Below are positions 1-8,418 of a stretch of 64,000 nucleotides of DNA, piece by piece. Origin of the DNA: Candidatus Cloacimonadales bacterium. Its GTDB lineage: Bacteria > Cloacimonadota > Cloacimonadia > Cloacimonadales > JAIOQZ01. Every line of letters begins with the position of its first letter. The stretch's first letter is position 1. Under the pieces are notes generated by a model. The model did not search any database, was not told where the DNA came from, and saw nothing but the letters and a program-made list of their open reading frames with translations. The stretch lies in NCBI GenBank assembly GCA_963674825.1, contig OY771587.1:2464001-2528000 (forward strand), read 5' to 3'. The position numbers were made by a program, and so were the translations under genes.

Positions 1-210
1 GGGATCAATCGAATGGTGAACGAGGACGTTTATTGTGATGACATTCTGGTGCAGATATCAGCGATCCAGGCGGGATTAACCGCCGTGGCAACAAAACTGC
101 TGGAAGCGCACTTGAAGAGCTGCGTAGTCGAGCAGATACAAGAAGGTAAGCTCGATGTGATTGATGAGCTGATGCTTACGCTCCAAAAGCTGATGAAAAC
201 GATGAAATAG
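1..210 (+). CDS. csoR: CsoR/RcnR-family metal-sensing repressor (5' partial)
   Basis: Frame is open from base 1 (GINRMVNEDVYC...). Y-C-x-D-I-L-x-Q and H-L-x-x-C motifs; directly upstream of a Cu-ATPase. Confidence 0.9.
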   Translation, partial: GINRMVNEDVYCDDILVQISAIQAGLTAVATKLLEAHLKSCVVEQIQEGKLDVIDELMLTLQKLMKTMK

Positions 211-224
211 CAAAGGATAGCATT

Positions 225-2450
225 ATGATAAAGACGACACAATTGAAAGTTGGAGGCATGACATGTGCGTCGTGCTCCCGAGCGGTAGAGCTTGCGCTCA
301 ACCGCGTGAAGGGTGTCGAAGGCGCGAGTGTGAATCTGGCGACGGAGAAGGCGATGATTGGCTTTGACGACTCTGTTTCAGATGCTGAGATGTTCAAACG
401 GGCGATTGTCGATGTCGGATACAGCGTTGTTGATGACGAGATCAATCGCGAAGAAGAATGGGAGATGGCCCGAAAACGGATGTTGTTTGCATGGGCGATA
501 ACGATCCCCTCCATGGTGTGGATGTTCGCCTCGATGGCGATGGGATTCCACTGGCCGAGTCCGCTTGTGATGCGCATAGGGATGTTGATTCTGGTATTGC
601 CGGTGTTGGCTGTAAGCGGGAAGCAGACATTTATTTCCGCTTGGAAATCCGTGCGCCACGGAAGCGCTAACATGGATATGCTGATCGTCCTGGGCACCGT
701 TTCTGCTTATAGCACCGGGATACTGCAATTCTGGCTTCCGATCGGTAGTTTTACCGGTGTGGCAGCGATGATTATGGCATTTCACCTGACGGGTAGATAT
801 ATCGAGAAGAAGGCGCGCGGCAAGGCGTCACAGGAGATACGAAAACTGCTGGAACTGGGTGCGAAGACGGCTGTTGTCGATCGAGAAGGTATAGGGAAGG
901 AGATCCCGCTGTCGGAGGTGATTGTAGGTGATGTGATGCTGGTCAAACCTGGAGCGAGGATCCCTACGGATGGTGTAGTTGTGGATGGTGCGTCTGCTAT
1001 CGATGAATCGATGGTCACCGGTGAATCGATGCCGGTTGCCCGGATCGAGGGGGATCCGGTAATCGGAGCGACCATCAATGGCAGTGGATTTCTGAAGGTG
1101 CGTGCTACGAAGGTGGGGAAGGAGACGTTTCTTTCGCAAGTTATTCAGATGGTGGAACAGGCGCAGGGAAGCAAGGTTCCTATACAGCTTCTGGCGGACA
1201 GGATCACGGGCTGGTTTGTGCCGGTTGTGATCGTTCTGGCTGTTACCGCGCTTAGCGCTCATCTGATCTTTCCCGAGATCTTCGTGAAGATATCTGCCTG
1301 GCTTCCGTGGTCTGGTTCGGAAATGAGCGATCTGACCCGGGCGATTTACGCGATGGTAGCTGTGTTTGTTATCGCGTGTCCTTGCGCGCTCGGACTGGCT
1401 ACGCCTACTGCTTTAATGGTGGGTAGTGGATTAGGCGCGAAAAACGGTATTCTGATCCGCAATGGCGAAGCGATCCAGGCAATGAAGGATGTGCGTGCGA
1501 TCGTATTCGACAAAACTGGTACGGTAACTCAAGGCAAGCCGTCAGTGACAAGGATGCAGTCCATGGATATCGGCGATATCGAACTGATGACGATTGCCGG
1601 TGCACTGGAAAGCCGATCGGAACATCCTCTGGCTGCTGCGATCATAGATTTTATCAGTGAGTACGTGGAGCATCAATTACCGGAGGTGGAAAGCTTTGCC
1701 AGCTCGACGGGCAGCGGCGTACAGGCGACGGTCAGGGGCATAAATTACTATGCGGGAAACGCTGGATATATGGCGGAAAAAGGTGTGGATGTCGAATTGG
1801 TGCAAGATGATGTAAGGCAGCTCGAGAAGCATGCTAACACCATGATCTATGTTGCAGATTCCAAGCGATTACTGGGTTATTTCGCAGTCACTGATCATAT
1901 CAAAGACGATTCTTGGGCAGCGATCAAAGAACTCAAAGAGATGGGTTTTCACACGATGCTGCTGACCGGCGATAATCCCATCAGCGCCAAGGCGATCGCC
2001 GATGCCGCCGGTATTGACGAAGTGATTGCGCAGGTTAAACCCAGCGAAAAGGTGGAGGCTGTAAAGGGCCTGCAACTGCGCTATGGTAAGGTCGCGATGG
2101 TCGGCGACGGAATCAACGATGCTCCCGCTCTCAAGCAAGCGGATGTAGGTATCGCGATGGGATCCGGTACAGATATCGCCATTGAAAGCGCAGACATTAC
2201 GCTGATTCGCTCCGATTTATCGTCAGTCGTATCTGCTGTGCTGCTCTCCCGCGCGACATTTCGCAAGATCAAGCAAAACCTGTTCTGGGCGTTTTTCTAT
2301 AACCTGCTGGCAATTCCGCTGGCTTTCAGTGGCCTCTTGCATCCGGTTGTGGCGGAAATCGCGATGGCGGGTAGCTCAATCACGGTTGTGAGTAACGCGA
2401 ATCTTTTGAGAAATAAGAATATACGACTCAACCGAAACTTCGGAAGTTAG
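225..2450 (+). CDS. copA: P1B-1 copper-translocating P-type ATPase
   Basis: N-terminal GMTCASC HMA domain, TGES, CPCALGLATP, DKTGT, SEHP, GDGINDAP, YN and MxxSS Cu(I)-type transmembrane motifs. Confidence 0.95.
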   Translation: MIKTTQLKVGGMTCASCSRAVELALNRVKGVEGASVNLATEKAMIGFDDSVSDAEMFKRAIVDVGYSVVDDEINREEEWEMARKRMLFAWAITIPSMVWMFASMAMGFHWPSPLVMRIGMLILVLPVLAVSGKQTFISAWKSVRHGSANMDMLIVLGTVSAYSTGILQFWLPIGSFTGVAAMIMAFHLTGRYIEKKARGKASQEIRKLLELGAKTAVVDREGIGKEIPLSEVIVGDVMLVKPGARIPTDGVVVDGASAIDESMVTGESMPVARIEGDPVIGATINGSGFLKVRATKVGKETFLSQVIQMVEQAQGSKVPIQLLADRITGWFVPVVIVLAVTALSAHLIFPEIFVKISAWLPWSGSEMSDLTRAIYAMVAVFVIACPCALGLATPTALMVGSGLGAKNGILIRNGEAIQAMKDVRAIVFDKTGTVTQGKPSVTRMQSMDIGDIELMTIAGALESRSEHPLAAAIIDFISEYVEHQLPEVESFASSTGSGVQATVRGINYYAGNAGYMAEKGVDVELVQDDVRQLEKHANTMIYVADSKRLLGYFAVTDHIKDDSWAAIKELKEMGFHTMLLTGDNPISAKAIADAAGIDEVIAQVKPSEKVEAVKGLQLRYGKVAMVGDGINDAPALKQADVGIAMGSGTDIAIESADITLIRSDLSSVVSAVLLSRATFRKIKQNLFWAFFYNLLAIPLAFSGLLHPVVAEIAMAGSSITVVSNANLLRNKNIRLNRNFGS

Positions 2451-2487
2451 AGTCTGATAAATGTAATCGTAACTTTGGAGGATAATA

Positions 2488-2703
2488 ATGAGAAAGATAG
2501 AATACCTGGTGAAGGATATGCACTGCGCAATGTGCAAGAAGGCGATCGAAAAGGCATTGTCCAGGCTTTCGGGCGTGGTCGGTGTCATGATCGATCTTGA
2601 TAGGCAAACTGTGACGATCGACACCGGGGAGGGAGCCGATGAAGAGAAGCTCGAGAGGATGATCACGTACCTCGGCTATACGCCGGAGCGAATCGAGTCC
2701 TGA
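2488..2703 (+). CDS. copZ: HMA-domain copper chaperone
   Basis: 71 aa with MHCAMC; GGAGG RBS upstream; follows copA. Confidence 0.85.
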   Translation: MRKIEYLVKDMHCAMCKKAIEKALSRLSGVVGVMIDLDRQTVTIDTGEGADEEKLERMITYLGYTPERIES

Positions 2704-2710
2704 GGCCATT

Positions 2711-3616
2711 ATGCACGATCATGCGCATCATCACCATGATGTTCCCCGGAGGAAGCTGCTTTTCGTAATCCTGTTGAATCTGATCATCACGATCGCGGAA
2801 GTTGTTGGCGGACTTCTTTCGGGGAGCCTTGCTCTCCTTTCCGACGCAATTCATAATTTGAGTGATACCATGGCAATGGTGATCAGCTATCTGGCGATGC
2901 TGATCTCTCGCAAGCCGCGCAACGAACGGAAAACATATGGCTACAATCGTGCACAAACGCTGGCGGCCTTTATTAACGCCTCGTTTCTGCTGTTGATTTC
3001 GGCCTATCTAATCTACGAATCGATTATCCGTTTCCTGCATCCTGAGCCGATCAAGAGCGGTCTTATGATTGTGGTGGCAGCGATTGGTTTGGCATCCAAT
3101 TTTCTATCGGTGGTTCTGCTGCATTCCCACTCGAAGGCAAGCCTGAACTTGCGCTCCAGTTACCTGCATTTACTGGGGGACACGGTTTCATCTGTTGGCG
3201 TCATCGCTGGCGGTATTGCGATCCATCTGTGGCATGTTTACTGGCTGGATCCGTTGGTGACAGTTCTGATTGCGCTCTATATCCTGCGCGAGACATGGCA
3301 AATTCTCAGGGAGTCTATCGACGTATTTATGCAGAGCGCACCCGATATCGATTTCGACGACCTGCAAACCAGTCTTGAAGCACTTGAAGGTGTTCGTAAT
3401 ATCCATCATGTTCACATCTGGATGTACGACGAGCATAGCACATGCCTGGAAGCGCATGTGGAAGTCGACGATATGATGCTTTCCGAAACGACGGCTATTC
3501 GCTTGCGTATCGAGAAGATATTGCACGATCAGTATCACATCGAGCATGCGACGCTACAAATGGAGAATGGCTCGAAGTGTGAGAAAGAACTGATTGTCTC
3601 GACTGAGCATGAATAA
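2711..3616 (+). CDS. czcD: Cation diffusion facilitator (CzcD-like Zn/Cd/Co efflux)
   Basis: His-rich N-terminus, SLALLSDAIHNLSD, HLLGD, HHVHIW and HATLQ motifs. Confidence 0.88.
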   Translation: MHDHAHHHHDVPRRKLLFVILLNLIITIAEVVGGLLSGSLALLSDAIHNLSDTMAMVISYLAMLISRKPRNERKTYGYNRAQTLAAFINASFLLLISAYLIYESIIRFLHPEPIKSGLMIVVAAIGLASNFLSVVLLHSHSKASLNLRSSYLHLLGDTVSSVGVIAGGIAIHLWHVYWLDPLVTVLIALYILRETWQILRESIDVFMQSAPDIDFDDLQTSLEALEGVRNIHHVHIWMYDEHSTCLEAHVEVDDMMLSETTAIRLRIEKILHDQYHIEHATLQMENGSKCEKELIVSTEHE

Positions 3617-4087
3617 GCATTCGAATACGTTCAATCAGGCTCAGTTGGGAATTTCTTGATTTTTATGTAAAAAAAAGGTAAGGACTCAATGGGTGTCGCG
3701 AAATTATGTAAAGTGCTGATATTGAAGGGAATACGGTGAATGGAATGACGCGTCGTGCAATTTATCTATCTGAATAATGAAAATTTTTTCGAGAAATCCT
3801 GAGAATTTCATTGACGCCAATAGGTGTAAAACACGATAAACTAATTGAAATAAAACCGGGGCGGCTATCATCATAACAAGCCTTTATACGGTTTTATGGG
3901 TCGTGCAAAACTACGGTTTGCTATCAGAAATTTTGCGTATTCCGGTGAAACGCTTGCGCTGCAATTTCTCACAATGTTAAGGTGCTACAAAGCGCAATAT
4001 ACTTGGTATATGCAGGAGAATGCAAGTCGGGCAACAACGGCGGGAAGTCCAGTGTAGACCCGTCCTCTGGCAGGAACAGGAGGAATA

Positions 4088-7000
4088 ATGACCAAGCGCG
4101 TTCTAACAATTCTCATGATGTTTGCAGCTATCTATCTATCCGCCCAGATGTTACCTTTACGCAATTACGATACGCGGGATGGATTGACTCAGAATCAGGT
4201 AATATCATCCTTTCAAGATTCCAAGGGCTTTATCTGGCTACGGACGCACGGAGGAGTTTCACGATTCGATGGCTTCAATTTTACGAACTACACAGTCTCG
4301 AACGGGCTTGCGTCGAACAACCTCAAGGGGATGATGGAAGACGAGAATGTTGGAGACGGCGTGATTTATTTCTTTGGATTTGCCACTCTCACTGTGCTTG
4401 AGAACGAGAAGTTGTACGCGTTCGACAAGAAATGGTTCAGGGATAATCTTGACGACGAGATTATCACCGTTACCTGGGATGGCGATTCGCTGAATACGTG
4501 GATCCACGCAGTATCTGAGACATCTGTTTACTTATACAAAAATGAAACAAAGACTTTTGAAAAGACATACGATCTCACGACTCTTCCGATCAAGATCGAT
4601 AAGCAGCAGATCAGCATTACCTTCGAAGAATACAATTTCTTTGTAATCTGCTCAACTGACGCAGTGCTGCTTATCGACGAAAAGTACAACCGCATCACAA
4701 ACCTGACGGAGGAACTGAAAATCCCTACCGGACAGGATCTGTATACATCGCTTATTAATTTCGATGGCTTACCTGACGACTATTTCCTATATACATATGA
4801 TCTATTCCGGGAGCAGAGCTATCTCTATCATTACAGCAGGAGCAAAAACACGGCTTCGCTTATCCTTAAATCAAATTCCATCGACTTTATTTATGCCCGT
4901 GATGACGAAGACGATGTTTCCTTTCAGCGGGATGAAGATGGCGCATACTGGATGCTAACGAGTGACGGGACAATATACCGTTATGTTCCGGGCGCAGATA
5001 AAGCTGTTAAAACCGAATACCGTATCGATACAAAAATAATCAATCTCAAGGAGCATCAGGACAACGTACTCTTTGAGGATGAGCTATGGATTGCGACCAC
5101 CAATGGATTGGGACACTACGCGCTAGATACGGGAAAGACTGTACTTTATACGCAAAAGAACGGGCTTTCGTCCAATTCGATCGAATCGATCCTGCTGGAC
5201 AGGGAAGATAACCTGTGGTTTGGAACCAACGGAACCGGCGTCGATATGCTGATTCCGGGAAAGATAACCAACTATACAGAGCGTAACGGCTTGCCTCACC
5301 AATCGACTGCGAACACAGTGGAGACACCTGATGGCTCGATCTGGTTCAGCTGCGATCGTGGAATCGCCCGGCTTTACCCGAATGGAACGATGGAAAACTA
5401 TACCCATGAGAATGGCCTCGAGAACGACCATACTTGGGCGCTTTCGCTTGATGCAAAAGGGAATGTATGGGTTGGATGCCTTTACGGCGACATCTATCGC
5501 TTCGACGGTAAACGTTTTGTCAACATGGTTCCTCCGGGTGTTAAGAAAGACCCGTCTTACATCACAGAAATCTTGCTTGATAGCGATGGTAATCTCTGGG
5601 TTCCCCGTTACGAAGAACTTATCCGCTACAGTGGTGACCATGCGAAAGTGATCAAGTTTGACGAGCCGATTGCAATATATGAGATGATCGAAGATCACGA
5701 AGGGCATCTTTGGGCCGCAGCGGCTGACAGTGGGCTTCTTAAGCTCGACAAGATGGGGAATATTCTGGCTGAATACAAGCCGGACCCAGCTCTCTTCACC
5801 ACAAATGTGGTCGATCTTCTGCAATTTGACAACAATACGATCTGGTGTGCTACATATGGCGAGGGAATTGTCGTATTCGATATCTCGAAAGAGAAGTACG
5901 TCGAGAAGATCGTCGATGAGTTTAAAGACGCAGAGATTATTAAATCGTTGATCCGCGACAAGCTGGGCAATATCTGGATCGGTACGATCAATGGTATCTT
6001 CGAATACAGAGATGGTAAGTACCGGAAATATACGATGGTCGATGGGCTTGTCGCCAATTCAACCCGTGCGAATGGCTCATACGTAGACAGCAAGGGCAAT
6101 GTGTGGTTCAATTCCGCGTTTGGTGCCACGAAGATTGATCCCTACAAGTCGGATACTGATGAAGTTCCGCCGCTGCTTTACATCAGAAATTTCACGACCA
6201 AGGAGCAGCGCTACACCGAGCCTGGCAAGCAGACCTATGTGCTTCCGTATTTCGACAACGATGTGAATTTCTCCTATATCGGTCTTGATTTCCGCTATCC
6301 ACGACAAGTGGTGTATGAATACTATCTTGAAAATTACGATTCAGATTGGTCGGAACCGACAAGCGAGACGAAAATCCGCTATACCAACCTCGATCCGGGA
6401 GTATACACATTCAAGGTGAAGGCCAACGACCGTCACGGTAATATGAGTAAAACCGCGGAAGTCCAGTTCCAGATCAAGAAAGCGTTCTGGGAGACTTTCT
6501 GGTTTTACGGGCTCGAGATTATCGTCCTCGGTGGATTGATATGGCTGATTATCCGCTGGCGACTGACAATCCTGAAGATGCGTAATGCAGAGCTCGAACG
6601 GCTGGTTCAGGAACGCACGCACGAGTTGAATGAGAAGAACCAGCAGATCATGAGCAGCATTCGCTATTCGAAGAGAATTCAGGGTGCGATCCTGCCAAAC
6701 CTTGACAGCTTGAATAAGGTATTCGATGACGTCTTTATAATCTACAAGCCCCGCGATATCATCGCCGGTGACTTCTACTGGTTCACCATAGAAGATAAAT
6801 ACCGGTTTATCGCAGCTGCGGATTGTACGGGACACGGCGTCCCGGGCGCGCTGCTTTCGATCATCGGCAACATGCTGTTGAATGAAATTGTCAAGCAGCA
6901 CAAGACGTTTGATCCTTCAAAGATTCTAGGTGAACTGCACACGCAGATGCAGATCGTGCTGAAGCAGGAGAATCCCGACGCTTCGACACGTGACGGATTG

Positions 7001-7423
7001 GAAATATGCCTCTGTCGTCTGGAGAGTGGCTCTCCGCGGATGGTGTTTGCGGGTGCGGGGCGTCCGCTTTATATCGCCCGGAAACAGCCGGAACGCGATG
7101 CAGCGATTCTGCTTGAGATCAAGGGGGACACCAAGGGAATTGGTGGAAAGCAACGAGAAGACGAGCGGAAGTTTACCAACCACGAGATCGAACTGCTGGA
7201 TCAGGACATGGTTTACCTTACGACCGATGGGTATATCGATCAGAACGACCCCAAAGACAGGAAGTTTGGGTCGCGTCAGCTGAAAGAGCTTTTCAGCACA
7301 CTGAGCGTCAAGTCGACCGAGGAGCAGAAAAGGCTTCTGGAAAAAGCGCTGAAGGATCATCAGCAACATGAAGAGCAGCGCGACGATATTACCCTGATGG
7401 GATTCAGATTTGTGAGTAAATAA
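4088..7423 (+). CDS. SiaA-like sensor phosphatase: periplasmic beta-propeller + Y_Y_Y domain, TM helix, PP2C/SpoIIE domain
   Basis: Signal peptide, repeated DxxGNxWxGT propeller blades, YTNLDPGVYTFKVKA, then GDFYW, ADCTGHGVPGA, TDGYIDQ and RDDIT PP2C motifs. Confidence 0.88.
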   Translation: MTKRVLTILMMFAAIYLSAQMLPLRNYDTRDGLTQNQVISSFQDSKGFIWLRTHGGVSRFDGFNFTNYTVSNGLASNNLKGMMEDENVGDGVIYFFGFATLTVLENEKLYAFDKKWFRDNLDDEIITVTWDGDSLNTWIHAVSETSVYLYKNETKTFEKTYDLTTLPIKIDKQQISITFEEYNFFVICSTDAVLLIDEKYNRITNLTEELKIPTGQDLYTSLINFDGLPDDYFLYTYDLFREQSYLYHYSRSKNTASLILKSNSIDFIYARDDEDDVSFQRDEDGAYWMLTSDGTIYRYVPGADKAVKTEYRIDTKIINLKEHQDNVLFEDELWIATTNGLGHYALDTGKTVLYTQKNGLSSNSIESILLDREDNLWFGTNGTGVDMLIPGKITNYTERNGLPHQSTANTVETPDGSIWFSCDRGIARLYPNGTMENYTHENGLENDHTWALSLDAKGNVWVGCLYGDIYRFDGKRFVNMVPPGVKKDPSYITEILLDSDGNLWVPRYEELIRYSGDHAKVIKFDEPIAIYEMIEDHEGHLWAAAADSGLLKLDKMGNILAEYKPDPALFTTNVVDLLQFDNNTIWCATYGEGIVVFDISKEKYVEKIVDEFKDAEIIKSLIRDKLGNIWIGTINGIFEYRDGKYRKYTMVDGLVANSTRANGSYVDSKGNVWFNSAFGATKIDPYKSDTDEVPPLLYIRNFTTKEQRYTEPGKQTYVLPYFDNDVNFSYIGLDFRYPRQVVYEYYLENYDSDWSEPTSETKIRYTNLDPGVYTFKVKANDRHGNMSKTAEVQFQIKKAFWETFWFYGLEIIVLGGLIWLIIRWRLTILKMRNAELERLVQERTHELNEKNQQIMSSIRYSKRIQGAILPNLDSLNKVFDDVFIIYKPRDIIAGDFYWFTIEDKYRFIAAADCTGHGVPGALLSIIGNMLLNEIVKQHKTFDPSKILGELHTQMQIVLKQENPDASTRDGLEICLCRLESGSPRMVFAGAGRPLYIARKQPERDAAILLEIKGDTKGIGGKQREDERKFTNHEIELLDQDMVYLTTDGYIDQNDPKDRKFGSRQLKELFSTLSVKSTEEQKRLLEKALKDHQQHEEQRDDITLMGFRFVSK

Positions 7424-7437
7424 ACACATAGAATGGA

Positions 7438-8013
7438 GTGAATATGTATCATTCGATCCTGGTATCGAGCGATGACCTTTTCGAACTGTACTCGAAGAAG
7501 GGGCTCGAAAAATCGATACTGATGTTCAAAGGGGTGTTGACACAGGATATCCTTGTGTTGCTTGCAGAAATGCTGGCCAACAACCTGACGAACTTTTCGC
7601 ATTTGGGGTCAACGAAGAAGATGTTCTCGATCTTCGTTGAGCTGGCACAGAACATACACCGATATTCGGCCGAGCGTGTGGATGTTGATGGAAAAGAAGT
7701 TGGCTGCGGCATCGTTCTGGTGAATGAATATGACAGCTATTACAGTATCATCTCAGGGAATGTTATTTCCACAAATCAGATCGAAGCGCTTTCGAGCCAT
7801 CTGGAGCTGTTGAACAAAATGGATTCCGACGAGCTCAAGAAATTCCGCAAGGAGCTGCTTCGCAAAGATCGCGAGCAGGGCAAGAAAGGCGCCGGCATCG
7901 GTTTGATTGACATCGTTCGAAAAGCGAATGCGCAGATCAAGTACAAGATCAAGCCGATCCGTGACGGTGTATCGTTTATCAGTTTCTTTATTCAACTCGA
8001 TAAAGGGATATAA
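7438..8013 (+). CDS. siaB: SiaB-family protein kinase
   Basis: IFVELAQNIHRYS and GAGIGLIDIVRK motifs; lies between a PP2C gene and a SiaC-like gene. Confidence 0.8.
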   Translation: MNMYHSILVSSDDLFELYSKKGLEKSILMFKGVLTQDILVLLAEMLANNLTNFSHLGSTKKMFSIFVELAQNIHRYSAERVDVDGKEVGCGIVLVNEYDSYYSIISGNVISTNQIEALSSHLELLNKMDSDELKKFRKELLRKDREQGKKGAGIGLIDIVRKANAQIKYKIKPIRDGVSFISFFIQLDKGI

Positions 8014-8022
8014 GGAGTCAGC

Positions 8023-8397
8023 ATGGATCGTTATATAATAGAACCAACCAAATACACGATCGAAGTGGATCTCGATCCGGCAACCGGCGTGTTTAGCCTG
8101 TCGGGCAGCTCATATCCCGAAGACGCGATGAGTTTCTTTGAGCCCATCAACGAATGGATCGAGAATTATATCAATCAGGAAAAGCGCGGCATAACGCTCA
8201 ATATACGAATGAATTATATCAATAGCAGTTCGTCTAAATGCTTCATAGACATTTTCGAGATCCTCGAAAACTACGCAACCGAAGGTGGGCAAGTGATGGT
8301 CAACTGGTACTACATGGAAGATGACGACGATATCTACGATACCGGTGAAGAACTACTTGAGGACATGGACTTTCCCCATCAGCTGATAGCATACTGA
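8023..8397 (+). CDS. siaC: SiaC/DUF1987 phosphorylation-switch protein
   Basis: GSSYPED..FFEPI..W, YINSSSSK and VNWYY..DDDD..GEEL motifs. Confidence 0.85.
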   Translation: MDRYIIEPTKYTIEVDLDPATGVFSLSGSSYPEDAMSFFEPINEWIENYINQEKRGITLNIRMNYINSSSSKCFIDIFEILENYATEGGQVMVNWYYMEDDDDIYDTGEELLEDMDFPHQLIAY

Positions 8398-8418
8398 TAA
8401 ACTCAGAGGTCTTTTGCA

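Noticed and set aside
1..3616. Metal-resistance operon as mobile cargo
   Set aside because: Ordinary csoR-copA-copZ-CDF arrangement with no mobility genes or terminal repeats in view.
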